A stretch of 64,000 nucleotides of DNA from an uncultured Bacteroides sp. (GTDB taxonomy: Bacteria; Bacteroidota; Bacteroidia; Bacteroidales; Muribaculaceae), in assembly GCA_964416545.1 (NCBI GenBank), contig CAYQEN010000003.1, positions 19,166 through 83,165 on the forward strand. The letters run 5' to 3'. Each line of letters opens with the position of its first letter. Positions within the stretch are counted from its first letter, which is position 1. A model generated the notes under the pieces. The model was given only the letters and a program-made list of their open reading frames with translations. It was not told where the DNA came from and did not search any database. Below, one piece after another: positions 27,764-36,540 of this stretch. The position numbers and the translations under genes are program-made.

Positions 27764-28309
27764 TTATTTTTCCGGAACGGCAAGAGTTATTGCAATAGGA
27801 AATTCTCCAAAGTAGCTCAATCTGTATCTGCGCCCGAATACGGTGGCAACTGCTCCCGACGACGACTCAGACAAATGAATATCCGTAAGAGCTAATCCTT
27901 TGATTCCTGCCGCTTTATATACAGCTTCTTTTATAGTCCAAGCTCGTAATAGCAATTCCTCTCTCCCCCATGCCGAAATCTCATCAGCTGATAGGAATCG
28001 ACTGCTGACGCGGCGCAATTGCTCGCGCCAACACTCCACATCTACTCCTATTCTTTCTTTTCCGCCCACTGCCACTACCGCCAATCCGGCTCCATGGCTT
28101 ACCGATATTTCGCATTGAGCCTCTCCACCACTCACCACCGGCGACCCGTCGGCACGATGCTCTATCTCAGCATTCCGGCCAAACACATGCCTCACAACGT
28201 CAACTACGGCATGTCGCTCCGCCTCACGCAAAGCACATGACGACTCTCTACGGTCTATTTCTGCAGCATAGACCGTAGTATGTCCGTCCGTAAAAACTTT
28301 GATTTCCAT
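27764..28309 (-). CDS. 4'-phosphopantetheinyl transferase superfamily protein (Sfp-type)
   Basis: SVSHGAGLAVVAV...IGVDVE ... WTIKEAVYKA motifs. Its start overlaps the gldE stop (TGATG). Confidence 0.75.
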   Translation of the reverse strand: MEIKVFTDGHTTVYAAEIDRRESSCALREAERHAVVDVVRHVFGRNAEIEHRADGSPVVSGGEAQCEISVSHGAGLAVVAVGGKERIGVDVECWREQLRRVSSRFLSADEISAWGREELLLRAWTIKEAVYKAAGIKGLALTDIHLSESSSGAVATVFGRRYRLSYFGEFPIAITLAVPEK

Positions 28310-29688
28310 CAGTCCTCGTTAAGCGGCTCCTGGACTTCGGGCATTACTTTTACACGCACGTTTACAATGCGGTGATTATTCACATCAAGTATCAGGAAGC
28401 GACAACGGCCATATACCAGAGGCTCCTTCTCTTTCGGAAAATCCCCCTTGATTGCCAGCAACATACCTGCAAGCGTTTCGCAGTTTTCAGTCACATCGGC
28501 ATAATCCTCCTCTTCGAGTCCGGTCACGCGGAAAAAGTCGCTCAGCTCCGTCTTACCTTCAAACATATAGGTATCATCGGGCAATTTTTTATACGTCTTT
28601 TCCACTTCATCATACTCATCATTGATGTCGCCCACAATCTCTTCGAGCACATCCTCCATTGTCACGATACCCTGCGTACCACCAAACTCATCGATTACTA
28701 TAGCCATATGAATACGACGGCGACGGAAGTCCTCCAAAAGGTCGTCAATCATACGCGATTCGGGCACATAATAAGGCTCTCGCAGTAGCGTACGCCAATC
28801 GAAATCCGACTTAGCCTTACCAATATACGGTAGCATATCACGCGCATATAATATGCCACGAATATTATCTTCATTATCCTCGTATACCGGCAGACGTGAA
28901 TAGCCCGACTCGATTACTATCTTCATCACCTCGTCAAATGTGGCTGTAATTTCAATATCGGTGATATCCACACGAGGAGTCATTACTTCCGATGCCGTAG
29001 TGTCGCCGAAACGCAAAATACCCTCAAGCATCTCCTTATCATCATTGGCCTTCACATCGGTGATTTCCAGCGCATCCGACAAGTCACGCGCAGTCAGGTC
29101 ATCATCCTTCTTCTGCACCACGCGCCTCACGAATCCGCCACTACGCACCAGCAATGCCGATATCGGAGTCAACAGTTTCATTAGCAATCCTACACCGCCG
29201 ACTGCCACGCGAGCCCAGCGCATCGCACCGGTATTGGCCATCAGCTTAGGCAAGATTTCGCCAAACAAGAGTATCAAAAAAGTCAACAGCACCGACTGAA
29301 GTACAAACGACGCCACCTCGCCCATTCCATCAAACACCGGAACAAGCGCATAGTTAAGAAGCACAACTATCGTTACATTGACTAAGTTATTGGCTATTAG
29401 AATTGTGGCAAGCAGACGCTCCGGTTGCGACAAGAGCGCTAATATTCGCTCGCCGACGGGGTCATTCTCCAATTCCTCCTTCTCAGGATCAATCGAGAAA
29501 AAAGCCAATTCACTACCCGACACAAAGGCCGATACACACAGTGCGCACAGCGCACACAACATTGCAAGAATTTGTCCGAATTCAAATTGACCCACTACTG
29601 CACATAGCGTTGATATCGTGCATAAGAGCGGGTCGAAGGCCGGTAAGGGGTCTATATCCAAAATCTGTGAGTTTAGTCCTACAATCAA
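28309..29688 (-). CDS. gldE: GldE / CNNM-type protein (DUF21 - CBS pair - CorC_HlyC)
   Basis: N-terminal TM DUF21 region, a CBS pair (VMTPRVDI...SGYSRLPVY), and a C-terminal CorC/HlyC transporter-associated domain. Confidence 0.8.
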   Translation of the reverse strand: MIVGLNSQILDIDPLPAFDPLLCTISTLCAVVGQFEFGQILAMLCALCALCVSAFVSGSELAFFSIDPEKEELENDPVGERILALLSQPERLLATILIANNLVNVTIVVLLNYALVPVFDGMGEVASFVLQSVLLTFLILLFGEILPKLMANTGAMRWARVAVGGVGLLMKLLTPISALLVRSGGFVRRVVQKKDDDLTARDLSDALEITDVKANDDKEMLEGILRFGDTTASEVMTPRVDITDIEITATFDEVMKIVIESGYSRLPVYEDNEDNIRGILYARDMLPYIGKAKSDFDWRTLLREPYYVPESRMIDDLLEDFRRRRIHMAIVIDEFGGTQGIVTMEDVLEEIVGDINDEYDEVEKTYKKLPDDTYMFEGKTELSDFFRVTGLEEEDYADVTENCETLAGMLLAIKGDFPKEKEPLVYGRCRFLILDVNNHRIVNVRVKVMPEVQEPLNED

Positions 29689-29748
29689 GCTGCGGCTCTA
29701 ACCGACAGCCATTAACAATGACAAAGATACAGCATTTTCCATCAAGCA

Positions 29749-29756
29749 CAAAATTA
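29749..29756 (-). promoter_or_regulatory. candidate -7 box (TAATTTTG) for the gldE operon
   Basis: A perfect TAnnTTTG lies about 60 nt upstream of the gldE ATG. Confidence 0.35.
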
Positions 29757-29897
29757 TTTACCTTCCGACGACGCCGGATGCCTTCTTTATCTGCATTCAC
29801 CCGCGTTTTAGACTAATTTTGCGACTATAAATACCCGCAATCAAACATTTTCAAGAAAAAAAATCGAAAAATATTTGTCAGGTAAAATAAAAACGCT

Positions 29898-29905
29898 TAC
29901 CTTTG
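29898..29905 (+). promoter_or_regulatory. candidate -7 box (TACCTTTG) for tRNA-Lys
   Basis: A perfect TAnnTTTG lies 44 nt upstream of the tRNA 5' end. The same octamer occurs upstream of the DUF2723 gene. Confidence 0.5.
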
Positions 29906-29948
29906 CATCGCAAAAGCGAAAAGAGATTCGCACAATGCCTAAAACGAT

Positions 29949-30021
29949 GACTCCGTAGCTCAGTTGGTAGAGCAAATGACTCTTAATCATTGGGTCGAGA
30001 GTTCGAGCCTCTCCGGGGTCA
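29949..30021 (+). tRNA. tRNA-Lys (anticodon CUU)
   Basis: GACTCCGTAGCTCAGTTGGTAGAGC...AATGA-CTCTTAA-TCATT...GGTTCGAGCCTCTCCGGGGTCA gives a canonical 73-nt cloverleaf. Confidence 0.92.
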
Positions 30022-30027
30022 CATCAG

Positions 30028-30066
30028 AAAGCCTTTGAAGCAACAAACTTCAGAGGCTTTTTCTTT
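30028..30066 (+). terminator. rho-independent terminator after tRNA-Lys
   Basis: A 13-bp stem aaagcctttgaag/cttcagaggcttt (one G-U pair) is followed by TTCTTT. Confidence 0.7.
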
Positions 30067-30091
30067 ATCCCTACCCGTCCCCTACCCTCCT

Positions 30092-31048
30092 ATGGCATCA
30101 CAATCGTTCTCCATCATGGCCGCCCCGCTCCAGGGGCTCACAGAAGCTCCGTTCCGCCATTTCCACGCCGAAATCTACGGAGCCGGGCATATGACATACT
30201 TCACGCCTTTCGTTCGACTTGAAAAGGGCGAACCGCGTCCGCGCGACATGCGCGATGTGACATCTTCGCTAAATGCCAACCACGATGTCACTCCGCAAGT
30301 CATAGCCCGCGATGCCGATGAATTTGCCACACTTGTCGATGCCGTAACCGCTGCCGGATACGACAAAGTAGACCTCAACGTTGGTTGTCCGTTCCCACCA
30401 CAGGTACGCAAAGGGCGAGGCGCAGGGCTGCTCTGCCACCCCGACCGCCTCAATGCGATATGCGACGTGATGTTATCGTCGCATATCAAATTCTCTCTCA
30501 AAATGCGCCTCGGCATAAATGCCCCCGACGAATACACCGCACTGCTACCTGTCATCGATCGGATGCCTCTCACTCACCTCACCGTACATCCGCGCACCGC
30601 AAGTCAGCAATACTCTGGAAATCTTCACATTAACCACTTCTCGCACCTCCTCTCCACCACTCACCATCCCGTCATCTTCAATGGCGACCTCACCACCCCG
30701 GCCGACATTCGCTATCTCATTGAACAAGAGCCTACTATAGCAGGCTTCATGCTCGGACGCGGACTCTTGCGCCGTCCGTCGCTCGTTGCCGAGTGGATTG
30801 AAGGCTCGGAATGGTCACAAGAAAAAAGAATCGCAAAGCTTACACAGCTTCACGATTCCATATTCAAATATTACAAATCAATTCTTTGCGGTGACACACA
30901 AATCCTATCTAAAATCATACCCCTATGGGAATACTGGGGTCATGATTTCGACCGCAAAGCCATCAAAAAAGTCCTAAAATCACGCTCGCTTGAGGCTTAC
31001 GCCAACGCGGTAGGCACGCTACGAGTGCAGTCGACAAGCTGCGAGTAA
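30092..31048 (+). CDS. tRNA-dihydrouridine synthase family protein
   Basis: MAAPLQGLTEAPFR..., DLNVGCP, and the TIM-barrel Dus pattern LTVHPRT. I chose the ATG at 30092 because the ORF-track start at 29990 lies inside tRNA-Lys. Confidence 0.85.
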   Translation: MASQSFSIMAAPLQGLTEAPFRHFHAEIYGAGHMTYFTPFVRLEKGEPRPRDMRDVTSSLNANHDVTPQVIARDADEFATLVDAVTAAGYDKVDLNVGCPFPPQVRKGRGAGLLCHPDRLNAICDVMLSSHIKFSLKMRLGINAPDEYTALLPVIDRMPLTHLTVHPRTASQQYSGNLHINHFSHLLSTTHHPVIFNGDLTTPADIRYLIEQEPTIAGFMLGRGLLRRPSLVAEWIEGSEWSQEKRIAKLTQLHDSIFKYYKSILCGDTQILSKIIPLWEYWGHDFDRKAIKKVLKSRSLEAYANAVGTLRVQSTSCE

Positions 31049-33279
31049 GCACGGATATACTTGCGCAGACTCGACACCATTTCTTGTGTTTCCTGCAGCA
31101 TATTCACATAGACATAGAGCACAGTCATTTCGTCCGACTCGCCCTCGCGAAGTTGCACGTGCAGATGGTCGCTCATAGCTATCAGCGAGTCCTTGATTTC
31201 GCCACAGCGACTGCGCAGACTATGCACTTCTTCATAATTGCCCGACTGCATCATAGAGATTACATCAGCGAACAGTTCACCCACCTGCTTGCGAAGCTCC
31301 TCATATTCAGACTCGAATACACGGGGCAACGGCAGAAAGTTATTATCCACATGCTCCTTGCATACCTCGTTAATGCGGCGCAGGTTATAAAGAATGCCCA
31401 TACAGCAGTTATTGCTCAGATAGAACCATGCACTCTTGTCGATGGCAATATCGCGACTCACCTGACGCAGACATAGTGTTTCCTTGCGGCGAGCATTTTT
31501 AAGCACTCGCTTCTGTTCAAGCAGATTTATTTCCGTACGTCCGAGCACTCGAGCATTTTCTGTACGGAATGCGTCGGTTATACGCTGGAAATTATCATTA
31601 GCTATGCGTAGGAAGCCTATTTGCTGGTCAGAGATATAAACCGACAGCATGTTCCACACCTGAGTCTTATCTTCTGTCGTAAGCATTGCCTGGAACATTG
31701 CATCGCCGCCCTCATCCTCAGTACGCTTCGAAAATCTGATATTACTACGCACTATCAGCACGATAGTCAGCACGGCGAGGACAAACATCATCCAATGACC
31801 GCCATAGTGCATCAACGAAACTACGATACCGGCACCGATAAATGCCACACCCGCGGTGAGGAACCATCCGCCTACTACCGAAATCACACCTGTGATACGG
31901 AATACGGCACTCTCACGACCCCATGCACGGTCGGCAAGCGACGAACCCATAGCCACCATAAAGGTCACAAATGTGGTCGACAATGGCAATTTCAGCGAGG
32001 TTCCGAATGCGATGAGTGCACCGGCAAGCACAAGATTTACAGAGCCACGGATAAGGTCAAAAGCGGCGCCATGCTCCATTATCACTTCATCATCATTGAA
32101 TCGACGGCCAAACCATTCGCGGATGCTAACCGGCGTTACGCGCTCTACCCAGCTGATTATTGATAGAGCCCATCTTACCAATCGGCGAGCTATGCGCGAC
32201 GAGCCAAACATTTCGTCGCCATTACCACGACTGCCAAGACCGATTTCTGTCTTGGTCACGTTTTTAGCCTTTTTCGAGGTCACAAGCGACACTACCATTA
32301 TCACACCGGCACCGATAAGGAAGTAAACCGGAGTATTGGCAGGGCCGTTAAGCGAATTCATAAAGAATCCATTAACATCGCCATTTCCGTTGGCAACAAA
32401 GTCTTGATAAGATGCCAAGCCACTCAGAGGCACACCGATGAAGTTCACAAGGTCGTTGCCTGCAAACGCCATGGCAAGTGAGAATGTTCCCAACAATACT
32501 ACCACCTTGAGCACATTCACTCCGAATGCGTGAAGCAACTGCATCAACACCGTGAATCCACACAGACAGCTCAATATTATAACAGCAGTGTGTGTAGCAA
32601 TCCACTCCTTCACTTCCGGAGTCATAAACGTCAAGTCTTTCGCACCCTTAATAAGCAGAAAATAGACGATTGCCGTCGTACAGATACCACCAAAGATACC
32701 TATCTTCCACTTCAGATTGCTGCGATAGTTAAACGAGAATATCATTCGCGCAAGGAATTGCACAAGCGTTCCGAAGAAGAAGGCAATAGCCACCGACAGG
32801 AATATGCCGATTATCACCGACAAGGCCTTTTCGGTATTCAGAAATTCATAAAAACCGAGATGTACGCCACTCGACATCTTTATCAGAGCCACAACAAACG
32901 TAGCACCAAGCAATTCAAACACCATCGACACGGTAGTCGACGTAGGCATGCCGAGCGTATTAAATATATCAAGCATGATGATATCTGTCACCATCACTGC
33001 CATGAATATACACATCAAATCATAGAACGTAAAGTTCTCCGGACGGAATATGCCATGACGAGCAATATCCATCATTCCGTTACTCATTGCCGCTCCCAAA
33101 AACACACCGATTGATGCCACAATCATAATGCGCTTGAATGAAGCTGCTTTTGAGCCGATTGCCGAGGTCAGAAAATTCACGGCATCATTACTCACTCCCA
33201 CCGACAAGTCAAATATCGCCAGTGTAAAGAGGAAGATTACAACACAAAGGAATACAATTTCCATATACTTCTTTAACAA
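30997..33279 (-). CDS. inorganic phosphate transporter (PiT/PHO4 family) with a C-terminal PhoU-like helical domain
   Basis: N-terminal GVSNDAVNFLTSAIGSKAA and a repeated PiT motif GNDLVNFIGVPL. The C-terminal soluble helical region of about 230 aa is PhoU-like. Confidence 0.85.
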   Translation of the reverse strand: MLKKYMEIVFLCVVIFLFTLAIFDLSVGVSNDAVNFLTSAIGSKAASFKRIMIVASIGVFLGAAMSNGMMDIARHGIFRPENFTFYDLMCIFMAVMVTDIIMLDIFNTLGMPTSTTVSMVFELLGATFVVALIKMSSGVHLGFYEFLNTEKALSVIIGIFLSVAIAFFFGTLVQFLARMIFSFNYRSNLKWKIGIFGGICTTAIVYFLLIKGAKDLTFMTPEVKEWIATHTAVIILSCLCGFTVLMQLLHAFGVNVLKVVVLLGTFSLAMAFAGNDLVNFIGVPLSGLASYQDFVANGNGDVNGFFMNSLNGPANTPVYFLIGAGVIMVVSLVTSKKAKNVTKTEIGLGSRGNGDEMFGSSRIARRLVRWALSIISWVERVTPVSIREWFGRRFNDDEVIMEHGAAFDLIRGSVNLVLAGALIAFGTSLKLPLSTTFVTFMVAMGSSLADRAWGRESAVFRITGVISVVGGWFLTAGVAFIGAGIVVSLMHYGGHWMMFVLAVLTIVLIVRSNIRFSKRTEDEGGDAMFQAMLTTEDKTQVWNMLSVYISDQQIGFLRIANDNFQRITDAFRTENARVLGRTEINLLEQKRVLKNARRKETLCLRQVSRDIAIDKSAWFYLSNNCCMGILYNLRRINEVCKEHVDNNFLPLPRVFESEYEELRKQVGELFADVISMMQSGNYEEVHSLRSRCGEIKDSLIAMSDHLHVQLREGESDEMTVLYVYVNMLQETQEMVSSLRKYIRAYSQLVDCTRSVPTALA

Positions 33280-33364
33280 ACATTATTACTCTACAAAGTA
33301 ATTGCAGAAATGTTACAAAAACATTTCAAACATCATAACATTTTATGAAAGCATTTCTCCTTTG

Positions 33365-34825
33365 CTACGCCAACGGAAGCTTAATGGAAAACACCAAACC
33401 TCCCGACAATCTGTTGCCGACCGAGATTTCTCCTCCATGTATCAACACCGCGTTTTTCACAATGGCAAGACCGAGTCCCGTGCCTCCATTGGCACGCGAC
33501 CGCCCTTTGTCCACACGATAAAACCTTTCGAATAGTCGTGGCAAATGCGATGTTTCGACACCCACTCCGTCATCGGCTATTGTTATCAGGAGACTCTTTC
33601 CAAGAGCATCGGCATGCACTTCTATGTCTATCGACGAACCTCCGCTATATGCAATTGCATTGTCAATAAGATTTCTGAACACCGACGACAGTAGCGAACT
33701 GTTGCCGATCATATTAGTATCTCCATCGACCCTCAAATTTATTTCAAATCCGTGTGCCGTGGCCATGGGTTCACATTCGTCTACCACTTCATCTATCAAG
33801 TTCCTCAAATTCAGCGACTCTTTGACTATCGCTCCCCCGCCGTCGTCCATACGTGTTATTAGCGACACATCGTTGAGCAGTCGCTTCAATCGCTCTGAAT
33901 TCGCCAAACAGCGACGCAAAAACTCATCGCGCTTGTCAGCATCTATATCCGGATGCGACAATAGAGTTTCCATGCACACGTTTATCGAAGCCACCGGAGT
34001 TTTCAGTTCGTGGTTTATATTGTTTGTCAGTTGCTTTTTAATTCGTTCTTTCTCTCTCTGCTCATGCAGGGCGGCGCGATGCTCGCGGTCGCGGTCGGCA
34101 TTGGCGCGTTGCAAGCGTGCATAGAGTCGCACTATATTATTCGAAATATCGCCAAGCTCATCATGTGGAAATGGTTCGGTATCCACTATTGGCTCGCCTC
34201 GGTCGGCACTTTCGGCAAACCGATTCAAGCGAATTATATGCAGTCCGATACGACGCGATGCTAAAAAACCGACAATACACATCACTACTGCCACACAGCC
34301 CATAAACCACATAAATCCATAGTCTGCTTTCAGCAACTCGCTGAGCGACACAGAATACGGCACGGCCGTACGCACAATATTTCCTCCGGCCACCTGTAGT
34401 GCCGAGTAGAAATACGTTTCTCCGGTACTCTCACTGTGGCGACGAACCGAATATCCCGAACCATGAGCCTTAGCCATCACTACTTCGCGACGACCAAGAT
34501 GATTTGCCGATGATATCGTATCGCCTGGCTTACGCGTAGAGTCGTATATCAATCTACCGTCAGAGCTGATCACACTCACGCGCATTCCATCAAACGGGCT
34601 GAGCAGGTCAAGATCCATCTCTTCGATGCTCCTACCCTGCTGATACTCATTGAATATATACTTATTTATGAGCTGCAGCTGTGCATTCAGCTCGTCAATT
34701 TTAAAATCCTTCTCGCGCTGATACTGAAAGCCCACGAAACAGCCAACCATCAGCAGCGAATACACCAACAGCCATAGAAACAGCCGCTTCGGATAAGTTA
34801 TCCTACTCCATGAAGCCATAGCCAT
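33365..34825 (-). CDS. sensor histidine kinase (PhoR-like)
   Basis: Two TM helices, H-box NINHELKTPVASI, N-box NLIDNAIAYS, and G-boxes DDGVGV and GGTGLGLAIV. Confidence 0.85.
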   Translation of the reverse strand: MAMASWSRITYPKRLFLWLLVYSLLMVGCFVGFQYQREKDFKIDELNAQLQLINKYIFNEYQQGRSIEEMDLDLLSPFDGMRVSVISSDGRLIYDSTRKPGDTISSANHLGRREVVMAKAHGSGYSVRRHSESTGETYFYSALQVAGGNIVRTAVPYSVSLSELLKADYGFMWFMGCVAVVMCIVGFLASRRIGLHIIRLNRFAESADRGEPIVDTEPFPHDELGDISNNIVRLYARLQRANADRDREHRAALHEQREKERIKKQLTNNINHELKTPVASINVCMETLLSHPDIDADKRDEFLRRCLANSERLKRLLNDVSLITRMDDGGGAIVKESLNLRNLIDEVVDECEPMATAHGFEINLRVDGDTNMIGNSSLLSSVFRNLIDNAIAYSGGSSIDIEVHADALGKSLLITIADDGVGVETSHLPRLFERFYRVDKGRSRANGGTGLGLAIVKNAVLIHGGEISVGNRLSGGLVFSIKLPLA

Positions 34826-35495
34826 AGCCTGAGCGAGTCACGATATTCTTGCCATAGCGGCCTATCTTTTGGCGGATTCGCGTGATATTTACATCCACTA
34901 CGCGGTCTATCACCACTACCTCGCCCGGCCATATATCGCGGAGCAACTCGTCTCGCGAAAAGATTACGCCACGATTGGTCAGCAGCTTCTGCAAGATTTC
35001 AAACTCTTTACGAGGCATTTTCACCTCTTCGCCATCGACCACACAGATTTTTTTCGATGGAATCACCGTCAACCCCTGAAATGTCAATGCCGATTCGTCC
35101 ACCGGTGCAGGCTTACTTTGTTGTGGCGACGTGCGACGCAACACCGCCATCACGCGAGTCAGAACATTGCGTATCGAATAAGGCTTGGTGATGTAGTCAT
35201 CTGCGCCAATACGCAGACCCTCCACCATATCATCCTCTGAATCTTTCGCTGTGCAGAATATCACGGGTATTGAAGCAGTCACAGGATTCGACTTCAGAAT
35301 ACGTGCCAACTGTACTCCCGAAATTTCGCCCATCATCACATCAAGGAGAATCAAATCATAACTACTGATGTCAAGAGACAATGCTTCTTCGGCACTATAA
35401 GCCACGTCTGCCTCATAACCTTCTGCTTCGAGATTAAACCGCAGTGCTTCGCACAGCGTATCCTCATCGTCTACTACAAGTATCCTTTTAGCCAT
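34803..35495 (-). CDS. OmpR/PhoB-family response regulator
   Basis: The receiver domain has KRILVVDDE...LDVMMGEISG. The C-terminal winged helix has LTVIP...REFEILQKLL...GYGYGF. It overlaps the kinase gene. Confidence 0.9.
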   Translation of the reverse strand: MAKRILVVDDEDTLCEALRFNLEAEGYEADVAYSAEEALSLDISSYDLILLDVMMGEISGVQLARILKSNPVTASIPVIFCTAKDSEDDMVEGLRIGADDYITKPYSIRNVLTRVMAVLRRTSPQQSKPAPVDESALTFQGLTVIPSKKICVVDGEEVKMPRKEFEILQKLLTNRGVIFSRDELLRDIWPGEVVVIDRVVDVNITRIRQKIGRYGKNIVTRSGYGYGFME

Positions 35496-35574
35496 CGTAA
35501 TATTAATTTTCTCTTGCAAAAATATCAATCTTACGCGTCTTCCACCACCCCTACCCCTACATTTTAATGAAAAC

Positions 35575-36540
35575 TTAACAACAGGTCACCTTCACGCTCC
35601 GCGTCTGAGGTATGCAATGCCAATTGAATACGTCGATTAGTTGCTGTGGGGTGCAGTCGCTTGATTTCGGCACTATGCCGGCTATCGACGCAAGCAATCC
35701 TGTCAGCTGTCGAGGCGTGTACCGCTTGCGAAGCTCTGCCATATTCATCGAGCTATCGCGCTTCGACAGTCGTTGTCCGGCCTCATTACAGAGAAGTGGC
35801 AGATGCGCAAATCGTGGCGGTTGCACCCCCATAAGCCGATAGAGATATATCTGCTGAGCGGTCGACAGTAGCAAGTCGGAGCCTCTCACCACTTCTCCAA
35901 CGCCCATATCGGCATCATCGACAACAACGGCAAGTTGGTATGCCCACGCTCCGTCGGCGCGACGTAATATGAAGTCGCCACAATCTTTCGCCAGATTCGA
36001 CTCCTGTTGTCCGAATACGACATCCTCGAATCCTATTATTTCATCGGGCACATACAGTCGCGTTGCGCCCGGTGCATCGATTTTTGCAAATGGTGGTTGT
36101 GCCGACGGCCTACAATGTCCGCTGTATATCACACGCCCGTCGCTCTGATGCGGTGCCTGTGTGGCCATAATATCGGCTCGCGTACATCGACACGGATATG
36201 TCAACCCCGTAGACTGCAATCGAGCTAAGGCGGCCTCGTAGACCGCTCCTCGTCGACTCTGACTATACGGACCATGATCGCCTCGGTCGTCCAGTCCGCC
36301 CTCGTCCCAATCAAGGCCGAGCCAAGCGAGGTCATCCTCTATCATTCGGGCATATTCGAGCTTCGACCGCTGAGGATCGAGGTCTTCTATTCGAAGTATC
36401 CACTTTCCGCCCGTTTTGCGTGCCGAGAGCCACGACACCAGAGCCGTAAACATATTGCCCAAGTGCATTCGCCCACTCGGAGATGGAGCAAACCGTCCGT
36501 TGACGGCCTCAGTCGCGTTCTCGCGCATATACGCTTTCAA
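35575..36540 (-). CDS. gluQ: tRNA glutamyl-Q(34) synthetase
   Basis: RFAPSPSGRMHLGN (HIGH-like), ILRIEDLD, a Cys-rich zinc motif YPCRCTRAD, and KLSKRD. About 310 aa with no anticodon-binding domain. Confidence 0.85.
   Translation of the reverse strand: MKAYMRENATEAVNGRFAPSPSGRMHLGNMFTALVSWLSARKTGGKWILRIEDLDPQRSKLEYARMIEDDLAWLGLDWDEGGLDDRGDHGPYSQSRRGAVYEAALARLQSTGLTYPCRCTRADIMATQAPHQSDGRVIYSGHCRPSAQPPFAKIDAPGATRLYVPDEIIGFEDVVFGQQESNLAKDCGDFILRRADGAWAYQLAVVVDDADMGVGEVVRGSDLLLSTAQQIYLYRLMGVQPPRFAHLPLLCNEAGQRLSKRDSSMNMAELRKRYTPRQLTGLLASIAGIVPKSSDCTPQQLIDVFNWHCIPQTRSVKVTCC

Noticed and set aside
27764-29688. The Sfp-type phosphopantetheinyl transferase translationally coupled to gldE, as a hint of a hidden secondary-metabolite or lipid pathway.
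   Set aside because: There are no carrier-protein, PKS, NRPS or acyl-ligase genes in the window. The coupling alone does not support a system, so it is only noted in the feature evidence.
29990-30091. The ORF-track start of the dus-family gene lies inside tRNA-Lys and its terminator.
   Set aside because: That start would translate through a tRNA and a strong hairpin. The conserved Dus sequence begins after the ATG at 30092.
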